Shown here: positions 7,886 to 15,782 of the stretch, piece after piece
How the letters are laid out: the number at the start of each line of letters is the position of its first letter
Numbering within the stretch: position 1 is the first letter of the stretch
Source of the DNA: Micavibrio sp.
GTDB lineage: Bacteria > Pseudomonadota > Alphaproteobacteria > Micavibrionales > Micavibrionaceae
Assembly (NCBI GenBank): GCA_041655955.1
Contig: JBBAEN010000002.1
Span: 498,355 to 562,354, forward strand
Length of the DNA: 64,000 nt
Direction: 5' to 3'
Made by a program: the position numbers and the translations under genes
The notes under the pieces: model-generated
What the model was told of the DNA's origin: nothing
What the model saw: the letters and a program-made list of their open reading frames with translations, nothing else
Database searches by the model: none

Positions 7886-10800
7886 CTACTTCTTATCCTG
7901 CAGGAGTTTTTTGATTTCCTCAATTTCGCCCCGCAGCTTTTCATTGTCGGCTTTCAATGTTTCGATGTCCGTGGCCATCTGCACATTTTCCTGCTGAAGC
8001 TTGCCGGTGATGTCGAAGAGTTGCAGAACTTTCGCGGCAAGGTCGTCGAACATGGTTTTCAGGCTCTTGACCGCCTCGACAAGCGGGGCAATCAGCTGGT
8101 CATATTCGACCGTCAAGAAGCCTTTGCCGTTGCGGCTAACTGCTTCGGGCATGACAGCCTCTACATCCTGCGCGATAACGCCGTAGGCGGCCTCCCCACC
8201 ATCCTTCCATTTATAGTGCTTGCCCGTGATGCCGTTCAACAGGGCGAACGGGTCGGCAAGGTCGGTAATCTCTTCCTTCAGGTTGCGGTCGGAGGTGTGG
8301 AAGAAGGAGGTTGCATAAACACTGCTTCCAAACTGTGCCGCTCCATTATGATTGAGGAACAGCGCGCTTCCGCCAAGTCCGACGTTGCCGTTTGTGGCAC
8401 TAATAGTTATTGGGCGCAATGCGTTAAAGCTTCCGAAGCGATCCCCGCTGTTCGTGAGCAAAAAAGCTACGTTAGTTCCATCATTACGAATAATGAAACC
8501 TGCATGGCTTGCTCCGTTCACAACGCGGAACTGCTGGTTGGTGCCTGTAAGGGCTGCGTTTGCAACAAGCTCTCCTGTAAAGGTCGAGCGCGTATTATCA
8601 ATGGTCAATCTATTCCCTCCAGCCGTAGAGAATCCTATCTGGTTTGCGCCGGGCCTCCACATACCGGTATTTGTATTCCCGATAAATGTGAACCCAGGTT
8701 GACCGACCAGACCTTCACTGGTGGTGACTCTGTTCATCGCAGTAAGGGTGCTACCGGTAATAGTTCCATTAGATGTAGAAATATCTCCGTTGAAGGCGCT
8801 AATGCCTGCGGTACCATTTAAATTTATGGTACCCGTCATGGTTCCGCCCGCGAGCGGGAGGTAGCTGCCGACAATGCCTGAAATAGGCTGCCATGTATTA
8901 TCACCGCGCAGATAGGTTGTTGTATTCCGCGTGCCTGATGCTCCAAGCCTTGCAACATCCACGGTTCCTGTTGCAAGGTTGGTTGCGTTGAGGTTGGTGA
9001 GGCCCGATCCGTTTCCTGTGAAGGTGGCTGTCCCGATATTGATGTTGCCGAAAGTGGATGTAATCGAACCTGCTGCCAAAGCGCCAACACCTGTGATGCC
9101 GGTATAGGAGCCTGACATACGGGCAGCGGGAACGGTGCCTGTCGTCAGATTGGAGGCGTTGAGGTTGGTGAGGCCCGATCCGTTTCCTGTGAAGGTGGCC
9201 GTCCCGATATTGATGTTGCCGAAAGTGGATGTAATCGAACCTGCTGCCAAAGCGCCGACACCTGTGATGCCGGTATAGGAGCCTGACATACGGGCAGCGG
9301 GAACGGTGCCTGTCGTCAGATTGGAAGCGTTAAGATTCGTAAGGCCCGATCCTGAACCTGAGATAGCCGCGCCATGAACCGTTCCTGCGAAAAATCCGTC
9401 TTTCCAGCGTAGGGCCGTTGTGCCGAAATCAATTGTATTGTTGGCGTTGGGCTGGATTATGCCCGTCATGGTTCCGCCCGCGAGCGGGAGATAGACGCCG
9501 TTACCGATAGCGGAGAGGGGCTGCCATGTATTGTCACCGCGCAGGTAGGTCGTGCTGTTACGCGTTCCCGACGTTCCAAGCCTTGCGACATTGACTGTCC
9601 CCGCCGTGAGGTTGGTTGCGTTGAGGTTGGTAAGCGATGCGCCCGATCCGTTGAACAGGCCGCCGAAAACCGTTCCGGCGAAATAGCCGTCCTTCCAGCG
9701 CCGTCCTGTGGCGCCGAAATCAATGGTGTTGGTGGCGTTGGGCTGGATAAGGCCCGTCATCGTGCCTCCGACGAGCGGGAGGAACTTGCCGTCCCCTGCG
9801 GTCGAGATAGCGGCATCGACATAGGATTTGTTGGTGGCGTCGCTGGCTTGTGAAGGGGACTGCACGCCACGCACGAAGTTGGTGTTCATGTTGAGCAGGC
9901 CGGCGATAGAGGCGCCGCCGCTGGCGACGGTCAGGCCGGAATTGACCGTCGTGCCGCCGTTGAGCGTGACGGGGCCGCCAATACGCGTCCCGCCCGTATA
10001 TTCGCTGCTATGGTTGATGGAAAGATAATCGCCGCTGATAACGCCGAGCATTGCGAGGTTGCGCGCTTCACCGCTTGTGGCTGCTCCCCCTTGAATCCAG
10101 ACATCATAGGACGATCCATGCGCCATGCGTGTGGTTCCGCCGATTGTCAGATTGTGGGACGGTGCGGTGTTGACGCCGACGCCTGTGGCGTTGATCGTCA
10201 CGCGGTTTGCGCCGCCCGTTGCAATGCCGATCGTATCGGCGGCGGGGCTGTAGATCCCCGTATTCGGGTCGCCGTTAAAGCCATAGGCCGGAAGGGCCGC
10301 CGTGCCGAGCGCGGGCAGGATCTGGTTCGAGAAGATCGCGTTGCCGCCGCTGACATGGAAGCGGGCAAGCGGCGATGTGCCGATCCCGACGGAACCATCG
10401 CCAATCAACTGCAATATGCCGGCTGTCGATACGGCGCCGGTGCTGGCGTTTACGTAGTCGAAAATAAGGCTGCCGGACGGGTTCGCCGTACCTTGCGTGT
10501 AAAGCTTGAAAGCGTTCGCATTGTTTTGATCGAACAGGATACCGCCGGCTCCGGCTAAGGAGGAGCTGCTTTGGAAGCGGGCCGTGAAGCTGTTCAGGGC
10601 GTTGCCCGCCGAGGCAACCGTCAGGCGGGCGCTGGGCGCGGAACCGATACCGACGCCTGTGGCGTTGACCGTGACTCGGTTCGCGCCGCCCGTCGTAATG
10701 CCGACCGTATCGGCGGCGGGGCTGTATATCCCCGTATTCGGGTCGCCGTTAAAGCCATAGGCCGGAAGGGCCGCGGTGCCGAGCGCGGGCAAAAGCTGGT

Positions 10801-11668
10801 TCGAGAAGATCGCGTTGCCCCCGGCGACGTGCAGTCTTCCGCCCGGCGCCGTCGTGCCGATGCCGACATTGGCATTATCGACATACATATTGGACAGGAA
10901 TGTTACGCCGGTAACGCTTGCGCTCAATTTCTGGATATAGTCCACCTTGACCGAAGGCCTGTTGGGGTCGCTTGTCGAATCGACGCCGAAGACCATTTTT
11001 TCCGTACCGGCGACAAGGTCGCGTTTCCAGACTTCAAGGTCGCGCTTGATCTCGGCGATATCATCGCCCTTCGGCTGCCACAGGCCAAGGCCGAGAGCCT
11101 CGCCGTAAGTGTACTCCATAACGACGTCATCGCTGCCCGCAGGTTTGGTGACATAGGCCGGATGCGCGCCGCAGGTTGTCTGGAAGATGCGGTCGGGGCC
11201 GGATGAAATAATCGCGATAACCGTATTGGTCGAATCCGGGCCGACAGCGTTTGCTCCCGCAAGACGGCGCTGCGCCGTGCCGCCGCAGCCTGCATCGTTG
11301 ATTTTGCTTCCGTGATCCCAGACGCAATAGCCGTACATATTGCCCCATGGATCTTGTTTGGCCGCCCCGATGCCGTTCGGGATCAGTCCCCCGCCGGCGG
11401 GGTGGGGGTTGGAGCCGGGAGCGAGCCATTCCACCGGCTCGTTGGTAAAGTCGTTGTCGCAATCGTCCGACGCCGCCATGATGGACAGCCGTCCCGCGGC
11501 AACCATCGCGTTTTCGGCGACGGTCTGCTTTGTCACCGCCTGCATGCTGCGCACCGGCCCCTTCATGATCGACATGGTCGCCGAACCTATGACGCCGACA
11601 AGGGCGACGGCCCCGAACAAGGCGAAAAAAACATTCCCGGAAATTTTGCTGCGGTTTCTATATGTCAT
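7886..11668 (-). CDS. Tail-fibre-like surface protein with pseudopilin-like N-terminus and C-terminal peptidase S74 intramolecular chaperone domain
   Basis: 1260-aa ORF. Residues 1-11 are basic, 12-34 form one hydrophobic helix, and residues 106-114 read DPWGNMYGY (the GspG/PulG pseudopilin signature is DPWGN.Y). The centre is built from reiterated modules typical of phage tail fibres: LPL(A/V)GGTMTG, LTNLNA(S/T)NL..GTV, YLRGDNTWQP and FNGDPNTGIYSPAADT. The C-terminus (7889..8293) begins with SDRNLK (Ser1126/Lys1131, the S-x4-K dyad spacing of endosialidase-type chaperone domains) and ends in a coiled-coil tail. Confidence 0.85.
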   Translation of the reverse strand: MTYRNRSKISGNVFFALFGAVALVGVIGSATMSIMKGPVRSMQAVTKQTVAENAMVAAGRLSIMAASDDCDNDFTNEPVEWLAPGSNPHPAGGGLIPNGIGAAKQDPWGNMYGYCVWDHGSKINDAGCGGTAQRRLAGANAVGPDSTNTVIAIISSGPDRIFQTTCGAHPAYVTKPAGSDDVVMEYTYGEALGLGLWQPKGDDIAEIKRDLEVWKRDLVAGTEKMVFGVDSTSDPNRPSVKVDYIQKLSASVTGVTFLSNMYVDNANVGIGTTAPGGRLHVAGGNAIFSNQLLPALGTAALPAYGFNGDPNTGIYSPAADTVGITTGGANRVTVNATGVGIGSAPSARLTVASAGNALNSFTARFQSSSSLAGAGGILFDQNNANAFKLYTQGTANPSGSLIFDYVNASTGAVSTAGILQLIGDGSVGIGTSPLARFHVSGGNAIFSNQILPALGTAALPAYGFNGDPNTGIYSPAADTIGIATGGANRVTINATGVGVNTAPSHNLTIGGTTRMAHGSSYDVWIQGGAATSGEARNLAMLGVISGDYLSINHSSEYTGGTRIGGPVTLNGGTTVNSGLTVASGGASIAGLLNMNTNFVRGVQSPSQASDATNKSYVDAAISTAGDGKFLPLVGGTMTGLIQPNATNTIDFGATGRRWKDGYFAGTVFGGLFNGSGASLTNLNATNLTAGTVNVARLGTSGTRNSTTYLRGDNTWQPLSAIGNGVYLPLAGGTMTGIIQPNANNTIDFGTTALRWKDGFFAGTVHGAAISGSGSGLTNLNASNLTTGTVPAARMSGSYTGITGVGALAAGSITSTFGNINIGTATFTGNGSGLTNLNASNLTTGTVPAARMSGSYTGITGVGALAAGSITSTFGNINIGTATFTGNGSGLTNLNATNLATGTVDVARLGASGTRNTTTYLRGDNTWQPISGIVGSYLPLAGGTMTGTINLNGTAGISAFNGDISTSNGTITGSTLTAMNRVTTSEGLVGQPGFTFIGNTNTGMWRPGANQIGFSTAGGNRLTIDNTRSTFTGELVANAALTGTNQQFRVVNGASHAGFIIRNDGTNVAFLLTNSGDRFGSFNALRPITISATNGNVGLGGSALFLNHNGAAQFGSSVYATSFFHTSDRNLKEEITDLADPFALLNGITGKHYKWKDGGEAAYGVIAQDVEAVMPEAVSRNGKGFLTVEYDQLIAPLVEAVKSLKTMFDDLAAKVLQLFDITGKLQQENVQMATDIETLKADNEKLRGEIEEIKKLLQDKK
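8981..9322 (-). repeat. Tandem 171-bp x2 duplication inside the fibre-like gene
   Basis: 8981..9151 and 9152..9322 differ at only two positions by my alignment (ggtggCtg vs ggtggCcg context, and gcgccAac vs gcgccGac). Both copies encode the identical 57-aa unit LTNLNASNLTTGTVPAARMSGSYTGITGVGALAAGSITSTFGNINIGTATFTGNGSG. A decayed third copy starts at 9323. Confidence 0.9.
10176..10346 (-). repeat. 171-bp repeat module, copy B (pairs with 10650..10820)
   Basis: Aligns with 10650..10820 at a constant 474-nt offset with about a dozen mismatches by my count. Encodes NAIFSNQ(I/L)LPALGTAALPAYGFNGDPNTGIYSPAADT(I/V)GI(A/T)TGGANRVT(I/V)NATGVG. Confidence 0.85.
10650..10820 (-). repeat. 171-bp repeat module, copy A (pairs with 10176..10346)
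   Basis: See 10176..10346. Confidence 0.85.
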
Positions 11669-12080
11669 GGCGTTTGACTGTCCTTGAGCAGGGCATAAAG
11701 GCGGGCTGGAAGCGCGCCTGAATAATAAATCGGGTTAAAAAATCTTGCATGAGGCGCAAAAACTTTGAGCTGGACGAATGATCCTGCCAAGAGAATACAT
11801 GAATATGGCTGTCAGTGGAATATATGTGCGGTTTTTTGCCAGTATCGGCTCTGGCCGGAAAAAGCCCCGCTCTCTTGTACGATAATTCCATTTCGTCCCC
11901 TTTTTCAATGGCTTAACATAGTTTTACGTTGCTGCCATACCCTTCTTCTTATTCTGTGGCTATGGGAAACAGGCCATAGCTTCCGGTTCTTCTGCCGATT
12001 CTTACCCATTTTCGCATAAATTTCGTTTATTTTTGGTAACTATTACGAAAATAATCACCGGGCGAGCAGGGACGCAAGGC

Positions 12081-12102
12081 GATTTATATTAAAATCAATA
12101 GG
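12081..12102. promoter_or_regulatory. AT-rich shared motif, copy C (candidate operator)
   Basis: The reverse complement cctattgatTTTAatataaatc equals 58412..58429 (cctattgatatataaatc) with a 4-nt insertion. It lies in the gap between the fibre-like gene and ORF 12225. Confidence 0.35.
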
Positions 12103-12224
12103 TTAGGGATACTGTGGGTAAGCCGTTCCACAGGCTGTTGCGGTTCGGAAAGAGTTTGTAGAATAAAGCCTGATGTATTATTACAATCAGGCTGTACATA
12201 ATGTCAGTCAAAGGGGGATTGGAA

Positions 12225-12686
12225 ATGTTTATTTCAGGCGGGCAGCAAAAGCTTCTTCTTGCCAATTTATTGTTAAACGCTTTTCAAAAGGCGGGCGGTT
12301 TTATCGCGAGCGAAGTCCCGGCAACGGCCAGAAATCTGGCGGGAATCTATTTTTCGGCCCTTGAAAAATACCCGGGGCCGATTGTCGGGATGGGGTTTTT
12401 AGGGCCGCATATCTCGTTGCCCCCCGCCATATGGAAGGCTCAGCCGGCCGAAACTGCCCCTGACAAGGACTTTGTCGAGGTGAGGGGCGCCCGGGTTCCG
12501 GCGCCCCGTCCGGGCGTCAATGTCTATGATTTGCGTGCCGAACAGGAAGAAGTGTACGGAGAAATCGTTCCAACCTATGCGGACGGGGAAGTCCGTTACG
12601 GGCATATAAAATCTCCTTATAAACACAGGGCCAGAAGCCTGAACGAAGGGCTTGCCATGCAAGAACAGGCGCGCATGACGCCCTAA
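12225..12686 (+). CDS. Hypothetical protein (orphan)
   Basis: Track ORF 12201..12686. The ATG at 12225 is preceded by agggggatt (SD-like). I recognise no motif. It may be non-coding. Confidence 0.4.
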   Translation: MFISGGQQKLLLANLLLNAFQKAGGFIASEVPATARNLAGIYFSALEKYPGPIVGMGFLGPHISLPPAIWKAQPAETAPDKDFVEVRGARVPAPRPGVNVYDLRAEQEEVYGEIVPTYADGEVRYGHIKSPYKHRARSLNEGLAMQEQARMTP

Positions 12687-12732
12687 GGCCCGATAATCGC
12701 TTGCCTTTGGGGGGAGGGGAGGCTAAATCTCT

Positions 12733-12836
12733 CCCCCGGAAGGTCGGCGCGGGCGGGGCTTCGCCCAATCCGGTCAGGGCCGAGAGGCAGCAGCCGCAAG
12801 CGTATTTTGCACCGGGTCGCGTCCGGCCTTCCACTT
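12733..12836 (+). ncRNA. ffs: Signal recognition particle RNA (small bacterial SRP / 4.5S-like), approximate ends
   Basis: ccGGTCAGGGCC-GAGA-GGCAGCAGCCGCAAG matches the universally conserved SRP domain IV (GGUCAGGUCC-GGAA-GGAAGCAGCC in E. coli) with a GNRA tetraloop. Flanking ggaaggtcggcgcg / cgcgtccggccttcc can close the helix. The position immediately upstream of dnaX is the usual ffs location. Ends not determined. Confidence 0.55.
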
Positions 12837-12951
12837 TTCTCCCTCTCTTCCCTTACAGGCTTTTTATTTTTCGCGTTTTATCCCCGCTATCCATGGCCGA
12901 TCTCCCGCGGGAAGATTGCCTTCAATCCGGAATCGCTCTAGGTAATAGGGC

Positions 12952-14637
12952 ATGTCCGATGCACAAGCTGAATACCGCGTTCTGGCGCGGAAATACCGCC
13001 CGAAAAATTTCGACGATCTGATAGGGCAGGATGCGCTGGTGCGCACACTGCGCAATGCGATCGAGAGCGGGCGCATCGCCCACGCCTTTATGCTGACCGG
13101 CATTCGCGGGGTCGGGAAGACGACGACGGCACGGATTATCGCCAAGGCGCTCAATTACACGGGAGCCGACGGGACGGCGGGGCCGACCACGGGGCCGACC
13201 GACGATTGCGAAATCTGCCGCGCCATTACCGAAGACCGCCACCCCGACGTGATGGAGATGGACGCGGCATCGCGCACCGGCGTCGATGACATCCGCGAAA
13301 TTCTCGACGGCGTCCGCTATGCGCCCGTTTCCGCGCGTTATAAAATCTACATCATCGACGAAGTCCACATGCTGTCCAAGAACGCGTTCAACGCGCTTTT
13401 GAAAACGCTGGAAGAACCGCCGCCCCATGTGAAATTCATCTTCGCGACGACGGAGATCAGGAAGGTTCCGGTGACTGTTCTCTCGCGCTGTCAGCGTTTC
13501 GACCTGCGCCGGATAGAGGCCGATACGCTCGCCGCCTATTACAAGACAATCTGCGAAAAAGAGGGCGTGACCGCGGACGGCGAAGCGCTCGACCTCATCG
13601 CGCGCGCGGCGGACGGCTCCGCGCGGGACGGGCTTTCGATGCTCGATCAGGCGATTGCGCTCAGCCAGGGCGAGATTACCGCGCAAAAGGTCAAGGACAT
13701 GCTCGGCCTTGCCGACCGCACGCTTATCTTGAACCTGCTCGATAACGCCGTGCGCGGCGAATGCGAAGCGGCTCTTTCCGTCATGGACGATCTCTACCGC
13801 AAGGGCGCCGATCCGTCCGTCATTATCGGCGACATGCTGGATCTGGCGCATCTGCTTACCAAGCTGCGTGCCGTTCCCGCGCTGCGGGATTCAACGCAAG
13901 CCATGGCGAAGGAAGAGATGAACCGCGCCGCCGATCTCGCGGCAAAGCTTTCCATGCCTGCCTTGGGACGGATCTGGCAGATTTTGCTCAAAGGGCTGAG
14001 CGAAGTGAATTACGCGCCTGTCCCGCAAAAGGCGGCGGAGATGGTTCTCATCCGTCTGGCCTATTCCGCGGATCTTCCGGACCCCGCCGATCTGATTAAA
14101 AAAATCAGGGAAGGCGGCATCGCCCCTTCCGCCGCCGCGCCTGCGCCCCTCCCGCAAGGCCCGTCCGGCGGCGGCGGCCATGCCGCGATCAATCAGGCGG
14201 CGGGCGGCGGCGGCGCGGTCACGGCGCTCGCGGTGCAACCGGCCATGGAAAACGCCCCGGCCCCTGTCACGGAAATCGCCTGCCTTGCCGATATGCAGGC
14301 CGTGCTGCGCCAGTCGGGTCATATGATGCTGGCTTCGCAAGTTTATCTTTATGTGCATCCGGTCAAGCTGGAAAAAGAGCGGTTCGAGTTCCGCCCCGCC
14401 GAACAGGCTTCGCCGTCGCTGGCGCAGGAATTGACGCAGGCGCTCAAAGCCGCGACCGGCAAGCGCTGGATGGTCAGCGTTTCGACCGCGCAGGGCGGGC
14501 CGACACTGGCGCAGGCCGCGCGCGCGGAAGAAGAGGCGCGCTTTACCGCTCTCCGCGCCGATCCGCTGGTCGCGCAAGTTTTGGAAATTTTCCCCGATGC
14601 GGAATTAAAAGCCATTCATATGAAAGAGGACGAATAG
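12952..14637 (+). CDS. dnaX: DNA polymerase III subunit gamma/tau
   Basis: 561 aa. YRVLARKYRPKNFDDLIGQD..., Walker A GIRGVGKTTTARI, and the zinc-module region (DDCEICRAI). Confidence 0.95.
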   Translation: MSDAQAEYRVLARKYRPKNFDDLIGQDALVRTLRNAIESGRIAHAFMLTGIRGVGKTTTARIIAKALNYTGADGTAGPTTGPTDDCEICRAITEDRHPDVMEMDAASRTGVDDIREILDGVRYAPVSARYKIYIIDEVHMLSKNAFNALLKTLEEPPPHVKFIFATTEIRKVPVTVLSRCQRFDLRRIEADTLAAYYKTICEKEGVTADGEALDLIARAADGSARDGLSMLDQAIALSQGEITAQKVKDMLGLADRTLILNLLDNAVRGECEAALSVMDDLYRKGADPSVIIGDMLDLAHLLTKLRAVPALRDSTQAMAKEEMNRAADLAAKLSMPALGRIWQILLKGLSEVNYAPVPQKAAEMVLIRLAYSADLPDPADLIKKIREGGIAPSAAAPAPLPQGPSGGGGHAAINQAAGGGGAVTALAVQPAMENAPAPVTEIACLADMQAVLRQSGHMMLASQVYLYVHPVKLEKERFEFRPAEQASPSLAQELTQALKAATGKRWMVSVSTAQGGPTLAQAARAEEEARFTALRADPLVAQVLEIFPDAELKAIHMKEDE

Positions 14638-14638
14638 A

Positions 14639-14974
14639 ATGAACATCGCAAAAATGATGCAGCAAGCCAAAGCCATGCAAGAGAAAATGCAAACCCTGCA
14701 AACCCATATGGAGGGCCTGACGGTCGAGGGAAGCGCAGGCGGCGGGCTGGTGCGCGTCGTCATGACCTGCAAGGGAAGCTGCCAGTCTATCTCCATCGAT
14801 CCCTCCTTATTGAAGGAAGATGAAAAAGAAATCGCCGAAGATTTGCTGAAAGCCGCCATCAATGACGCCAAGGGCAAGGCCGACGTTAAAATGGCCGAGG
14901 AAACGCAAAAAATGATGGCGGATCTCGGCCTGCCTCCCGGCATGCTGGGCGCAGGCGGCGGCCTGCCGTTTTAA
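14639..14974 (+). CDS. ybaB: YbaB/EbfC family nucleoid-associated protein
   Basis: 111 aa, MNIAKMMQQAKAMQEKMQ...GGGLVRVVMTCKG. Conserved position after dnaX. Confidence 0.9.
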   Translation: MNIAKMMQQAKAMQEKMQTLQTHMEGLTVEGSAGGGLVRVVMTCKGSCQSISIDPSLLKEDEKEIAEDLLKAAINDAKGKADVKMAEETQKMMADLGLPPGMLGAGGGLPF

Positions 14975-14993
14975 CGCAGGGGGGGCCTTCGCC

Positions 14994-15782
14994 ATGAAAA
15001 TCGTTACGTGGAACATCAACTCCGTCCGCCTGCGCGCGCCCATCATTCTCGATATGATGGCGCGGCTTCAGCCCGATATCGTCTGTTTGCAGGAAACCAA
15101 AACGCCGGACGAATTTTTCCCGCGCGATGTGTTCGAGGCGGCGGGCTATAAGCACATCCACGCGCACGGCATGAAATCCTATAACGGCGTTGCGATCCTT
15201 TCAAAACAACCCTTTGAATCGTTCGATATCCATCACCGCTGTGATAAGCAGGATTGCCGCCATATTGCGGTTAAGGTGAACGGTTTCCATCTCCATAATC
15301 TTTACATACCCGCGGGCGGCGACGAGCCGGATCCTGTTATCAACGATAAATATAAACACAAGCTCGATTTCGTCGATGAGATGGCGGGCTGGTTCAAAAA
15401 GAATTACAAGGCGGATGACAGGCTCGTCACGCTCGGCGATTTCAATATCGCGCCGCTGGAGCATGATGTCTGGTCGTCGAAGCAGCTCCGCAACGTCGTG
15501 TCGCATACGGAGCCGGAAATTACGCGCCTTGCGAAGATGCAGGACTCGCTGGGCTGGCACGACGCCATCCGCCATTTCGTGCCGGAGGAAGAGAAATGCT
15601 ATACGTGGTGGAGCTACCGCAACCGCGACTGGAGAAAATCCAACAGGGGCCGCAGGCTGGATCATATCTGGGTGACGAAGCCGCTCGCGCCCGCGCTCAA
15701 ACGCCACGAAATATTGATTGATGCGCGCGACTGGGAAAAGCCCTCCGATCACGTTCCCGTGATGGTGGAGCTTGCGGCGTAG
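14994..15782 (+). CDS. xthA: Exodeoxyribonuclease III
   Basis: 262 aa. MKIVTWNINSVRLR...DIVCLQETK...SDHVPV C-terminal motif. Confidence 0.9.
   Translation: MKIVTWNINSVRLRAPIILDMMARLQPDIVCLQETKTPDEFFPRDVFEAAGYKHIHAHGMKSYNGVAILSKQPFESFDIHHRCDKQDCRHIAVKVNGFHLHNLYIPAGGDEPDPVINDKYKHKLDFVDEMAGWFKKNYKADDRLVTLGDFNIAPLEHDVWSSKQLRNVVSHTEPEITRLAKMQDSLGWHDAIRHFVPEEEKCYTWWSYRNRDWRKSNRGRRLDHIWVTKPLAPALKRHEILIDARDWEKPSDHVPVMVELAA

Noticed and set aside
7594-11668. tRNA-Thr followed by a tail-fibre gene, read as a tRNA-integrated prophage or genomic island.
   Set aside because: No integrase, capsid, portal, terminase, baseplate or lysis gene occurs in the window. The fibre gene lies on the 5' side of the tRNA, whereas integrative elements normally sit at the 3' end. 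I could not find a direct repeat of the tRNA 3' half. The gene looks like a solitary, domesticated gene.
15749-15782. 34-nt convergent 3'-end overlap of xthA and the MFS gene. Similar small overlaps occur at der/mscS (36770..36780) and between the XRE gene and the groEL terminator.
   Set aside because: Both stops are fixed by unambiguous reading frames. Short convergent overlaps are common in compact genomes, and I see no sign of a frameshift or special function.
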